Origin: Candidatus Cloacimonadota bacterium
GTDB taxonomy: Bacteria > Cloacimonadota > Cloacimonadia > Cloacimonadales > TCS61
NCBI GenBank assembly: GCA_018400535.1
Contig: JAGYMQ010000095.1
Location: 1 to 58,346, forward strand
Reading direction: 5' to 3'
Length of the DNA stretch: 58,346 bases
The notes below the pieces were generated by a model that ran no database searches, was not told where the DNA came from, and saw nothing but the letters and a program-made list of their open reading frames with translations. Positions 48,537 through 58,226 of the stretch are shown in pieces (the first letter of the stretch is position 1; each line of letters begins with the position of its first letter). The position numbers were made by a program, and so were the translations under genes.

Positions 48537-49208
48537 TTAATGTGTGAAATTGTTTTTTTCATATTTTGTCTGGACGCCAACTCGCTGGCATTCTTCGAAA
48601 ATCGGGCACGTTGAACATTTTGGATTGCGCGGCGTGCAATGATTTTGTCCAAAAGCAACCAGGTAGGAATTGAAGTTTTGCCAGTATTTTAACGGTAATT
48701 TTTCTCGAAGAGCTTTTTCTGTTTCGAAAGGATTTTTTGTTTTTACCAAACCTAAACGGTTAGAAATACGATGCACATGAATATCAACGCACATGGCTGG
48801 CTTTCGGAAAGCTATCGTGCGCACGAGATTTGCTGTTTTTCTCCCTACTCCAGGCAATTTTAAAAGCTCATCGATCTCATCTGGGACTTTTCCAGCAAAT
48901 TCATTTTCCAAAACTATCGGCAAATCTTTCAAATATTTTGCCTTATTGCGAAAAAAACCTGCTGGGAAGATCAAACTTTCGATTTCAACCAAACTCAATT
49001 TTGCCAGATCGTCAGCATTGTTAATCTTAGAAAATAGCTTTGCTACAACTTTTGCCGTTGTTTCATCTTTGGTGCGCGCACTCAGGATCGTAGCTACCAG
49101 AACCTTGAAGGGATCTTTCGTTTGCGCTTCGATCAAATCAACGATGGGCGCTTTATATTGCTGGAAAAGTTCTCCAAGTCTATTGTATATTTTATCGATA
49201 TTTATCAT
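48537..49208 (-). CDS. nth: Endonuclease III
   Basis: HhH LPGVGRKTAN, VDIHVHR, C-x6-C-x2-C-x5-C iron-sulfur motif. Confidence 0.95.
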   Translation of the reverse strand: MINIDKIYNRLGELFQQYKAPIVDLIEAQTKDPFKVLVATILSARTKDETTAKVVAKLFSKINNADDLAKLSLVEIESLIFPAGFFRNKAKYLKDLPIVLENEFAGKVPDEIDELLKLPGVGRKTANLVRTIAFRKPAMCVDIHVHRISNRLGLVKTKNPFETEKALREKLPLKYWQNFNSYLVAFGQNHCTPRNPKCSTCPIFEECQRVGVQTKYEKNNFTH

Positions 49209-49227
49209 ATTTTCCTTTATAAAAAAA

Positions 49228-49305
49228 TGGTCGGGATGAATGGATTTGAACCATCGACCTTTCGCCCCCCAGACGAACGCGCTAACCGGGCTGCGCTACA
49301 TCCCG
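49228..49305 (-). tRNA. tRNA-Pro (anticodon GGG)
   Basis: CGGGATG/CATCCCG acceptor stem, TTCGT-CTGGGGG-GCGAA anticodon arm, TTCAAAT T-loop, CCA. Confidence 0.95.
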
Positions 49306-49357
49306 ACGGTGTGCGACAATTTCTTCATGCCAAAAATAATGACAAGGATTTTTTTTC

Positions 49358-49546
49358 TTCGACTTCCGAATGTGGATAGCTCTTCGGAATGTTGAATATA
49401 TCAGCAAATTTATTCGCACTCAATCTTCGAACTGAATAAATTTCTCAAGATTTATTCTAAATCCGGAGTAGGATTTCTCTGCACCTGAGAATTTGCTAAA
49501 ATGTATTACAACCTGTTCCTTCGTGTTCAGATCATTATCTGATCTA
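49358..49546. repeat. Cluster of inverted repeats between the divergent tRNA-Pro and ABC-F promoters
   Basis: Stems at 49358-49396, 49406-49443 (10-bp perfect), 49459-49476, 49403/49497 and 49530-49546. Confidence 0.6.
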
Positions 49547-49581
49547 TCTTCCATCTAAAGTTTCATTTTTGAAGGGAATAA

Positions 49582-49610
49582 TTGACACACACGCTTCAAT
49601 TTTTTTTTTG
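49582..49610 (+). promoter_or_regulatory. Putative promoter TTGACA-N18-TTTTG
   Basis: Directly upstream of the ABC-F RBS (GAGG). Confidence 0.5.
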
Positions 49611-49624
49611 ATTTTGAGGTTAAA

Positions 49625-51514
49625 ATGAGCATTGTTAGTTTATCAAAAGTTTCCCACAGTTTTGGGATCAAAGAGATTTTCCGTGAAATTGATTTTTCGC
49701 TGGAACACAACAGTCGTATTGGTCTGGTCGGTAAAAATGGCAGCGGCAAAACAACGCTCTTCAATCTCATAATCGGAAATTTGAAACCAGAAGAAGGAAA
49801 AGTTTACCTTTCCCAAAAAGCTCATATTTCCTATTTAACTCAAGAACCAAATTTAGAAGAAAAAAGAACGCTTTATGCTTGTGTTCTTGCTTCTCGACAA
49901 GATTTTATCAAATTGGAAAATAAATTGCGGAAGGCTGAGCAAGAACTCGCTGAACAGAAAATAACTTTAGAAGAATTTTCCAGGATCCAACAACAGTTTG
50001 AATTGATCGATGGTTATGATTTTCGCACAAAAATGAAGCTGATCCTGACTTCTCTTAATTTTCCTGAAAACGTTTGGCAAAGAGAGATCAAAAATTTTAG
50101 CGGTGGCGAGAAAACGCGAATCCAACTTGCAAAAATTTTACTCCAACCTTTTGATCTGTTACTTTTGGATGAACCGACAAACCATCTGGATATTGAGATG
50201 ATCTTCTGGCTGGAAAATTATTTAAAAAACAAAGAAAAACCTTATTTGATCATTTCTCACGATAGAGCTTTTTTGGATAGAACTGTTGATAAGATCGTGG
50301 AGATCCGCAATTGTAAATTGGAATTTTATTCTGGAAACTACAGCTTTTATCTACAGGAAAAAGAAAAGAGACAGGAGCTTCAACGCAAGCAATTTAAACA
50401 GCAACAGAAAAAGATAAAAAAAATAAGAGAACAGATCGAACAATATCGGATCTGGGGACGAGCGCGAGACAGCGAAAAAATGTTCAAACGCGCCAAAGAA
50501 TTGGAAAAAAGATTAGAAAAGATCGAACCGATCGAAAATCCACAAAAAGAAAAAAATATCAATCTCGATTTTCAGATGCGTGACCGCAGCGGGAATGACG
50601 TCTTTCGTCTGGAAAAAATGAAATTTGGATTTCCAGAAAAAACGCTGGCAGAAAATGTGAATCTAAATATTTTCTATCAGGATAGAATTGCTATTTTGGG
50701 AAAGAATGGCTGTGGTAAAACCACTTTTTTGCAGCTTCTAAAAGCAGAACAAAAACCGCTTTCTGGAATTGCTAAGAAAGGTGCCAGTTTAGAGATCGGA
50801 TACTACGATCAGATGCATTTGCAGCTCGATGAAGATTTGACAGTGAAAGAGACGATCTGGCAATTAGTACCTTTGGAATCAAATTTTCACGTCCTTTCTT
50901 ATCTGGCAAAATTTGGATTTCGAGAAGATGACGTGGAACGGCAAGTAAAAAGCTTAAGTGGCGGTGAAAAAGCCCGTCTCTATCTGGCAAAGCTCATTCA
51001 TTCCCAACCAAATTTCCTGATCCTCGACGAGCCAACCAATCACCTTGATCTTGATATGATCGAGAGTTTGGAACAATCGCTTTTGAAATTTACAGGAACA
51101 ATCGTTTTCGTTTCTCATGATAGATATTTCATTGAAAAAATAGCGAATAGAAAATGGATCTTTCGCCAGAAAACGATCGAAGAAACAGAGAAAAAATTAG
51201 ATCAATTATTTTTCCAGAAAAAAACAGTTAAGAAAAATCCTGATAACCGAATTTTCAGGCAAAGAGAAAAAACAATCAATCCGCTATTGATCGCTGAGAT
51301 AGAGACAAAGATCGAAAGAAAACAAATCACACTTTCCCAAAAAAGTGAAAAATTATCTATCTTGGAAATGAATTTCTCCAAACCAGAATTCTATGAAAAC
51401 CAAAATAAATTAAAAAATTTAGCTGAGCAAATAAAGAATTTGAAAAATGAAGTTAAAACTGCTGCGAATCAGCTTGATGAAATGGAAGAAGAATATCTAA
51501 AAATGGTGGAGTAG
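49625..51514 (+). CDS. ABC-F family ATP-binding protein
   Basis: Two NBDs (GKNGSGKT/GKNGCGKT, SGGEK, LDEPTNHLD, SHDR), no TM helices, C-terminal coiled coil. Confidence 0.93.
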   Translation: MSIVSLSKVSHSFGIKEIFREIDFSLEHNSRIGLVGKNGSGKTTLFNLIIGNLKPEEGKVYLSQKAHISYLTQEPNLEEKRTLYACVLASRQDFIKLENKLRKAEQELAEQKITLEEFSRIQQQFELIDGYDFRTKMKLILTSLNFPENVWQREIKNFSGGEKTRIQLAKILLQPFDLLLLDEPTNHLDIEMIFWLENYLKNKEKPYLIISHDRAFLDRTVDKIVEIRNCKLEFYSGNYSFYLQEKEKRQELQRKQFKQQQKKIKKIREQIEQYRIWGRARDSEKMFKRAKELEKRLEKIEPIENPQKEKNINLDFQMRDRSGNDVFRLEKMKFGFPEKTLAENVNLNIFYQDRIAILGKNGCGKTTFLQLLKAEQKPLSGIAKKGASLEIGYYDQMHLQLDEDLTVKETIWQLVPLESNFHVLSYLAKFGFREDDVERQVKSLSGGEKARLYLAKLIHSQPNFLILDEPTNHLDLDMIESLEQSLLKFTGTIVFVSHDRYFIEKIANRKWIFRQKTIEETEKKLDQLFFQKKTVKKNPDNRIFRQREKTINPLLIAEIETKIERKQITLSQKSEKLSILEMNFSKPEFYENQNKLKNLAEQIKNLKNEVKTAANQLDEMEEEYLKMVE

Positions 51515-51635
51515 TGAACTGTTTAAGAAAACTATTTTACAAAAAATTTAGTCTAAAAGAACTTCAAAAAAAATATCTATCTAAAAAAATGAGAACATTA
51601 AAAATTTACAGATCACATTCAAATTAATCTGATCA

Positions 51636-52646
51636 ATGACCGACCAACTAATCAACCAATCAACTAGTTATCCACTCAAAATAGGTTTCACTACTTCTTT
51701 CCCGGTCGAGATCATCTTCGCTGCTGGTCACATCCCAATCGATCTGAACAATATTTTCATCACAGGAAATGCGCAGAAATTTGTGGAGATCGCAGAATAC
51801 AAAGGTTTTCCGCGCAATATCTGCAGCTGGATAAAAGGAATGTTCGGCGTAGCACTGGAAACCGATATCGATGCAGTCATCGGCATCGTGGAAGGAGATT
51901 GTTCAAACACACATTCTCTGATGGAAACTCTGGAGGATGAAAAGATTAAGGTCATTCCTTTTTCCTTCAATTTTGGCAGGAATCGCGAAAAATTGGAGAA
52001 AGAGATCAAGGAATTGGAAAAGCGTTTCGCAGTCTCTCATCAAGCAGTTTTGAAAACAAAAAATATGTTAGATAAGATTCGTCGAAAATTGATCATTTTA
52101 GATGAAATAACTTATCGTGAAAATAAAATCACCGGCTTGGAGAATCATCTCTGGCTGGTCAATTCTTCCGATTTTGAAGGCAACCCGAAAAAATTCGAAA
52201 AACGATTGGATAAATTTTTATCAGAGGCAAAATCGCGAAAACCGATCAAGACAGAATTTCGTTTGGGATTTCTCGGCGTCCCTCCCATCATAACTGACCT
52301 TTATGATTTTTTGTTGGAACAAAATGCCAATGTTGTTTTCAATGAAATTCAGCGTCAATTTTCGATGCCCTATCTGGAAAAAGACATTGTTACACAATAT
52401 CTTCGTTATACTTATCCCTATTCTGTAAATCATCGTTTGCAGGATATTCTGGTGGAGATCAAAAAGCGAAAACTCGACGCAGTGCTAAGCTATACACAAT
52501 CTTTTTGCCATCGTCAGATAGACAATATTTTATTGAAAAAGTACATTGATCTACCCATCTTAACGATCGAAGGTGATCAACCGGGAAAACTTGACGCCAG
52601 AACGAAATTGCGGATCGAAAGTTTTCTGGATATGTTGCGCTATTAA
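51636..52646 (+). CDS. 2-hydroxyacyl-CoA dehydratase subunit D/HgdB-like Fe-S protein
   Basis: PVEIIFAAG, GFPRNICSWIKG, GDCSNT, QSFCHR, TRxE-type C-terminus (TKLRIESF). Confidence 0.8.
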   Translation: MTDQLINQSTSYPLKIGFTTSFPVEIIFAAGHIPIDLNNIFITGNAQKFVEIAEYKGFPRNICSWIKGMFGVALETDIDAVIGIVEGDCSNTHSLMETLEDEKIKVIPFSFNFGRNREKLEKEIKELEKRFAVSHQAVLKTKNMLDKIRRKLIILDEITYRENKITGLENHLWLVNSSDFEGNPKKFEKRLDKFLSEAKSRKPIKTEFRLGFLGVPPIITDLYDFLLEQNANVVFNEIQRQFSMPYLEKDIVTQYLRYTYPYSVNHRLQDILVEIKKRKLDAVLSYTQSFCHRQIDNILLKKYIDLPILTIEGDQPGKLDARTKLRIESFLDMLRY

Positions 52647-52660
52647 ACAAGGAGCAAAAT

Positions 52661-54040
52661 ATGAAAATGCCCATTAAAAAAGCAATTGATGAATTAGCCA
52701 GAAAAAATGACATTACTGATTTTAAAATATTTAAGAATGCTGTGAGAGAAAAAACCGAAACAGTCATTAATGATAAAAGACTTACTAACGAGATCATCAA
52801 AGCATTCTCAAAAGAACAGGAGATCATTCGATCAGCTTGGAATCACGATGAATTGATATATCGAGCTCAAATTGCCGAAAAGGCAAAGATCAATATCAAA
52901 ATTAATGAAGAAGAAAGAAAAGAACGAAAATTATATATCGGGCACAGATTGATACCTTTCCTCAAACCAAAACTTTTCAATTCAAAAAACATCATTTTTA
53001 CTAATAAGAATGATAATCTTATCCCAATAAAAACAGATGTAAAATCAACTGACAACGCGATGGAATATTTCTTGTTTTTTGATGCTTCCGTCATTGATCC
53101 ATATTTTGAAGATAATCAAAATTTTAAACTAAATTATCTTGATATTTCTCAATTCCAGCAAAATATCCTAAATTTTCAAGTAACAGTTTTGGATTATCAA
53201 AAAAACAAGTTCCAGATCGAACCATTAACGAAAGAATATTTTATCCAAAATCATTTTTTGATTGAGAAGAGAAACAGCGATCTACTGGCGGGTGTGAATA
53301 AAATAGTTAATAAAATATCAGAATTTATCTCTGTCGATAATACTTTATTGTCTGCTTATTATCATTTTGGTCAGAAGATCATTTCAAATCCAGGATCTCC
53401 CTTTGCCCAGATCTTCAATAAACAAAATAAACTATCACTGCAGATGGGTTTAGATTACACATATTTTTTTTCCAAACAAAAAATCATAGAACATATTTCG
53501 GCAGAAATTGAATTTGGAAAAGCAAAAAAAATGAATGGAATTTTAAGGGAATTAGGATTATCATTTAGTCCTGATTTCCTGTATCTGCTAATGCTTGAGC
53601 AATATCATGAAGAATCCGAGATCGACGATGATTTCATTCTAAATGTTTTGATGGAAGCACCTTATCGCATACATAATAAATTACAGAAAAAGAATCTTGA
53701 AAAAGCTTATGAAAAATTACGAAACAAAGTCATCAAAGAATCAGATTTTTTCCAGTTTGATACTTTCACTTTGAATTACATAAATCTGTTGCTTCATCTG
53801 GAAACTAATATCATAGGATTATTACGCAAATTCGATGAAAATCCTACGATCGAAAATGATACTAAAATGGAAATGATTATACCCTTTTTTGAAGCAGATA
53901 AACTTATCAATTTTATGATCGAAAATTTTGTAAAAGTTAAAATGGTTGAACCTCAAGAATTGAAAGATTTGCAGGCTCTGTATTCAGATTTATCGCCTAC
54001 AATTGATAGCGTCCTGGAATTTTTAGATAGTAACAAATGA
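52661..54040 (+). CDS. Hypothetical protein (459 aa)
   Basis: Long ORF with AAGGAG RBS, in operon; no recognised motif. Confidence 0.75.
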   Translation: MKMPIKKAIDELARKNDITDFKIFKNAVREKTETVINDKRLTNEIIKAFSKEQEIIRSAWNHDELIYRAQIAEKAKINIKINEEERKERKLYIGHRLIPFLKPKLFNSKNIIFTNKNDNLIPIKTDVKSTDNAMEYFLFFDASVIDPYFEDNQNFKLNYLDISQFQQNILNFQVTVLDYQKNKFQIEPLTKEYFIQNHFLIEKRNSDLLAGVNKIVNKISEFISVDNTLLSAYYHFGQKIISNPGSPFAQIFNKQNKLSLQMGLDYTYFFSKQKIIEHISAEIEFGKAKKMNGILRELGLSFSPDFLYLLMLEQYHEESEIDDDFILNVLMEAPYRIHNKLQKKNLEKAYEKLRNKVIKESDFFQFDTFTLNYINLLLHLETNIIGLLRKFDENPTIENDTKMEMIIPFFEADKLINFMIENFVKVKMVEPQELKDLQALYSDLSPTIDSVLEFLDSNK

Positions 54041-54486
54041 AAAAGAATAAGTTAGTTATCCGCCAACCACAAACACCAAAAGAATTTGAACAATATTATC
54101 ATTTGCGCTGGAAAATTTTGCGAGAACCCTGGCAACAACCTTCTGGTAGTGAAAAAGATAAGAAAGAAAATGAAGCGATCCATCTCACAGCTTTTTTGGA
54201 TGGAAAATTGATCGGCTGCGGGCGCGGACATTTGCTGTCCGATACAAAAGCACAGATCCGCTATATGGCAGTGGATAATGCATTTCGCCAGCAAGGAATT
54301 GGAACAAAATTATTACAAGAATTGGAAAAGGAATTAGCAAAAAAAAATGCGCAAGAAATCATTCTGCAAGCGCGAAAAAAAGCAATACATTTTTATCAGA
54401 AACACGGCTATACAATTTTCCAGAAGGGAGATTTTTTATTTGGTGAAATTGAACACTTTTGGTTGAAAAAATATCTGGAGAAATAA
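54037..54486 (+). CDS. GNAT acetyltransferase (YiiD/ElaA-like)
   Basis: LRWKILREP, QIRYMAV...RQQGIG, FYQKHGY. Confidence 0.88.
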   Translation: MKKNKLVIRQPQTPKEFEQYYHLRWKILREPWQQPSGSEKDKKENEAIHLTAFLDGKLIGCGRGHLLSDTKAQIRYMAVDNAFRQQGIGTKLLQELEKELAKKNAQEIILQARKKAIHFYQKHGYTIFQKGDFLFGEIEHFWLKKYLEK

Positions 54487-55529
54487 TGAAAGTCAATGGC
54501 AAAAATTATCGCACAGTTTGGATGAATAATAACTCTGTTTTTATGATTGAACAGAATTTGCTTCCCTTCCAATTTGAGATCTTTGAAGCAAAAACTTATT
54601 TACAAACGGCAAAAGCGATCAAAGAAATGTTGGTGCGAGGAGCGGGAGCACTCGGGACAGCGGCTGGCTTTGCTATGGCACAAGCTTTTTTGCAAGCACC
54701 CAAAACAAAATTCTGGAAATTTATCCAAAAAGCAAAAAAAGAAATCGAAGCAACTCGTCCCACAGCTCAAAATCTTTTTTATGCCACTAACAAAGTTTTT
54801 CAAGATGCAAAAGAAGCACAAGATCCAGTCGGGACAGCGATCAAATCTGCGCAGGAAATTGCTGATAAAGATGCAGAAGATTCACGCAGAATAGGAGAAT
54901 TTGGCAATGATCTCATCAAAAATGGATATCGAATTTTGACGCACTGCAATGCTGGTTGGCTGGCATTCACCGATTTCGGCACAGCGCTCTCCCCCATTTA
55001 TCTGGCTCATCGCACAGGAAAGAAAATCTTTGTTTGGGCAGATGAAACACGTCCCCGTTCGCAGGGGGCACGATTGACAGCCTGGGAATTGGGCAATGAA
55101 AATATTCCGCACAAGATAATTCCCGATAATGCAGCAGCGCATTTAATGCAAAATGGTGAAATTGATATGATCATCGTGGGCGCAGATCGCATCGCAGCAA
55201 ATGGCGATGTGGCAAATAAGATCGGAACTTTGGAAAAAGCGATCTGTGCGCAAGTATTTGATATTCCCTTTTATATAGCAGCACCAACTTCCACCATTGA
55301 TCTTGCTTGCTCAAGAGGAAAAAACATTCCCATTGAAGAACGTGATCCAGAAGAAATTCTTTTCCAAACTGGAATAGATGAATTGGGGAAAGAACAAAAG
55401 ATCCTCGTCTGTTCTCCAAATTCAGAAGCTTATAATCCCGCTTTTGACGTTACTCCTGCCAAATTCATTTCTGGAATTATCACGGAAAAAGGAATAAAAA
55501 TCCCAGATAAGGAAAATTGGTATGAATAA
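54486..55529 (+). CDS. mtnA: Methylthioribose-1-phosphate / 5-deoxyribose-1-phosphate isomerase
   Basis: VRGA, RPTA.NL, LTHCNAG, DETRP..QGARLTAWEL, GADRI, NKIGT, NPAFDVTP; start moved to the TAATG overlap. Confidence 0.93.
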   Translation: MKVNGKNYRTVWMNNNSVFMIEQNLLPFQFEIFEAKTYLQTAKAIKEMLVRGAGALGTAAGFAMAQAFLQAPKTKFWKFIQKAKKEIEATRPTAQNLFYATNKVFQDAKEAQDPVGTAIKSAQEIADKDAEDSRRIGEFGNDLIKNGYRILTHCNAGWLAFTDFGTALSPIYLAHRTGKKIFVWADETRPRSQGARLTAWELGNENIPHKIIPDNAAAHLMQNGEIDMIIVGADRIAANGDVANKIGTLEKAICAQVFDIPFYIAAPTSTIDLACSRGKNIPIEERDPEEILFQTGIDELGKEQKILVCSPNSEAYNPAFDVTPAKFISGIITEKGIKIPDKENWYE

Positions 55530-56118
55530 AAAATCTATTTATCAAGGCGTGAAATTCCAAACAAAATTTCTGAAAAAAATTGCTTTAGAACATCCCAAGA
55601 TTTCTGAACTGAAAAAATGGTGCAAGATATTCCACGCAAAAGATTTAGCACCTCCCTATCCCAATGGCTCTTTTGGAAATCTCAGCTTTCGCACCAAAGA
55701 AAATGCCTTCATAATTACCGGTTCTCGCATCGGATTAAAAAATGATCTGCAAAATGATAGTTTCGTGCAAATCCAAAAATGCGATCTTCATCAAAAAATC
55801 ATTTACGTTATCGGCATTAGAAAGCCATCTTCCGAAACAATGCTACATGCAGAGATCTATCGCCATAGAAAAGATGTTAATGCTATTTTTCACGGACATT
55901 GTCATGAACTATTAGAAAAATGCTCAAAGCTAAAAATTCCAGAAACAAGCGAAGAAAAACCTTATGGCACAATTGAATTGGTAAAAAGCGTTCTGACAAT
56001 TTTGAAAAAAAATAAAATGATCATGATGAAAAATCACGGTTTCATTGCGCTTGGAAAAACTATGCAGGAAACAGGAAATATTGTCTTACATTTTTTAACA
56101 AAAGCAAAAAATATTTGA
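55522..56118 (+). CDS. Class II aldolase/adducin family protein
   Basis: GNLSFR, KPSSE..LH, HGH, PYGT.EL, NHG zinc ligands. Confidence 0.85.
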   Translation: MNKKSIYQGVKFQTKFLKKIALEHPKISELKKWCKIFHAKDLAPPYPNGSFGNLSFRTKENAFIITGSRIGLKNDLQNDSFVQIQKCDLHQKIIYVIGIRKPSSETMLHAEIYRHRKDVNAIFHGHCHELLEKCSKLKIPETSEEKPYGTIELVKSVLTILKKNKMIMMKNHGFIALGKTMQETGNIVLHFLTKAKNI

Positions 56119-56127
56119 GGAAATACT

Positions 56128-57435
56128 ATGCAAAAAATTGATCTCTTGATAAAAAATGGATTAGTTTTGGATTTTGAACAAAAAACTGAGGTAAAAGACG
56201 TTGCAATTGATGATGGGAAAATAATCGCTGTCGGAAAAGATCTGAAAAACTATGATCCTCTAAAAGTGATCGAAGCGCAAAACAAAATTGTGGTTCCTGG
56301 TTTTGCAAATACACATACTCATGCGGGAATGAGCTATTTCAAAGGATTGGCGGATGATCTGCCGTTGATGAAATGGCTCACAAAATTTATTTGGCCGACA
56401 GAAAAAGCTTTTCTTTCGCCGAAATTCGTTTATGATGCAGCTTTGATAGGATGTGCTGAAATGGTGAAAAATGGAATTACGATTTTCAACGATATGTATT
56501 TTTTTGGAGAACAAACCGCCAAAGCAGCTGAGAAAGTAGGCATTCGCGCCATTCTTGGAGAAGGCGTTTTGGATGCTCCAGTCGCAAATTACCAAAAAGC
56601 AGACGAAATATTTTCCTACATAAAAAAAATGAATGAGAAATTCAAAGAACATGAGCTCATTGATTTTGCGATCGCACCCCACGCAATTTATACCTGTGGA
56701 AAAGAGAATTTAATCAAAGCAAAAGATCTGGCAGAAAAACTTGATCTTCTTCTACACATCCATCTTTCTGAAACACGACAAGAAGTGGAAGATTGCATCA
56801 AAAAACATGGAATGCGTCCAGCCCAGTATCTGAATTCGTTCGGTTTCTTCGAGGGAAAAGTCATAGCTGCGCATGCAATCTGGTTGGATGAAAAAGAACA
56901 GGAAATACTGGCAAATAACGATGTTTCTATTGCCATCAATACTAGCAGCAATCTCAAATTGGCTTCGGGCTTTGATTCTTTCAAAAGCTATATCGATCAC
57001 AATGTCAATCTGAGCATCGCCACCGATAGTGTAGCCAGTAATAATAATCTGAGCATAATCGAAGAAATGAGTCTTACGGCAAAATTACAAAAAGTTTTGA
57101 ATGATGATCCAACCGTCCTTCCAGCAAAACAGATGGTGAAGATCGCTACTTTGGATGGAGCGAAAGCACTTGATAAATCAGCCTATCTTGGTTCGATTCA
57201 AATCGGCAAAAAAGCTGATCTGATTTTGGTAGATATAGATAATATCGAATCACAGCCACTGTATGATCCCTTTTCCCATCTCGTCTATTCGCTATCTTCC
57301 GAGCAGATCAAAGATGTCATCATCAATGGAAAGATGATTATGGAAAACAGGAAACTCTTAAATGTGGATGAAAATGAATTGATCGAGAAAGCAAGATATT
57401 ATCATGATAGAATAGAAAAATTTACCAGCAGCTGA
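56128..57435 (+). CDS. mtaD: 5'-methylthioadenosine/S-adenosylhomocysteine (5'-deoxyadenosine) deaminase
   Basis: NTHTHA, APHAIYT, HIHLSET, AAHA, SNLKLASG, TDS.ASNN. Confidence 0.85.
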   Translation: MQKIDLLIKNGLVLDFEQKTEVKDVAIDDGKIIAVGKDLKNYDPLKVIEAQNKIVVPGFANTHTHAGMSYFKGLADDLPLMKWLTKFIWPTEKAFLSPKFVYDAALIGCAEMVKNGITIFNDMYFFGEQTAKAAEKVGIRAILGEGVLDAPVANYQKADEIFSYIKKMNEKFKEHELIDFAIAPHAIYTCGKENLIKAKDLAEKLDLLLHIHLSETRQEVEDCIKKHGMRPAQYLNSFGFFEGKVIAAHAIWLDEKEQEILANNDVSIAINTSSNLKLASGFDSFKSYIDHNVNLSIATDSVASNNNLSIIEEMSLTAKLQKVLNDDPTVLPAKQMVKIATLDGAKALDKSAYLGSIQIGKKADLILVDIDNIESQPLYDPFSHLVYSLSSEQIKDVIINGKMIMENRKLLNVDENELIEKARYYHDRIEKFTSS

Positions 57436-57525
57436 AAATATTTGAAATCGGATTTTTTCTGATCTGCATAATACACAAAAAATCAGCAATATAGATTTTT
57501 GTAATTTATTGGATTCATAGACAAT

Positions 57526-58173
57526 TCAAAGATTTCGAATAGACATTACAGCGATCCCGATCAATCTTGAGTTTTCTAAATTGTTTTGATCCAACAAGAT
57601 TGGAGAATAGTCTTTATTATAGGGTTGTAATAATACTTTTTTTTCATCTGGAAAAGTATTCACTTTTTTCAGCGTGATCTCGCCATCGACTCGCACCACA
57701 CTGACTCTTTTTTCTGCTTGATCCCAGTTTTCCGTTTGTTTCACAATGATCACATCACCATTTGAGATCAAAGGTTCCATGCTATCACCACTGGCATAAA
57801 AAGCAAAGAAGTTATCCAGATCACCTTGAAGTGAATTATTGTTCACCAAAATATGATCTATTGGTTCTGCCGCTTCGATCTCTTGAGGTGAACCACAGCT
57901 AACCGCCGCAATAACTGGAAGATAATAGTATTCCTGATCACTAATCTTTTTCGTCTGACGAGTGGGAAACATCGGTCCTTCGCCAGTCAAAAGCCAATTC
58001 AAATTGACATTAAAATGCAAAATTATCTTGTTCAAAAAATCATAACTGGGATTTGTTTTGTTATTGATATAGCGATTGATCACGACGTTAGAAATTCCCA
58101 TTTCCTTTGCCAATCCAGTCTGTGTCATCTCAAATTTTTTCAGGATCAAATCTAATCTTTCACCAAAATTCAT
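57526..58173 (-). CDS. XRE-HTH plus S24 peptidase repressor (LexA/CI-like)
   Basis: N-terminal HTH with NLNWLLTGEG; Cys-Gly cleavage site (VSCG), GDSM serine, TLKK lysine; start behind GGAGG. Confidence 0.9.
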   Translation of the reverse strand: MNFGERLDLILKKFEMTQTGLAKEMGISNVVINRYINNKTNPSYDFLNKIILHFNVNLNWLLTGEGPMFPTRQTKKISDQEYYYLPVIAAVSCGSPQEIEAAEPIDHILVNNNSLQGDLDNFFAFYASGDSMEPLISNGDVIIVKQTENWDQAEKRVSVVRVDGEITLKKVNTFPDEKKVLLQPYNKDYSPILLDQNNLENSRLIGIAVMSIRNL

Positions 58174-58226
58174 TTTATCCTCCAATAATTTCAAGCTGAA
58201 AGAGTTCTACATAATTACACTTTTTC

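Noticed and set aside
49371-49379. DnaA box / replication origin (TGTGGATAG)
   Set aside because: A single 8/9 match with no box cluster or dnaA context.
111-57000. Numerous 60-160 aa ORFs nested in or antisense to long genes
   Set aside because: Shadow ORFs with no motifs or RBS, overlapping well-supported CDSs.
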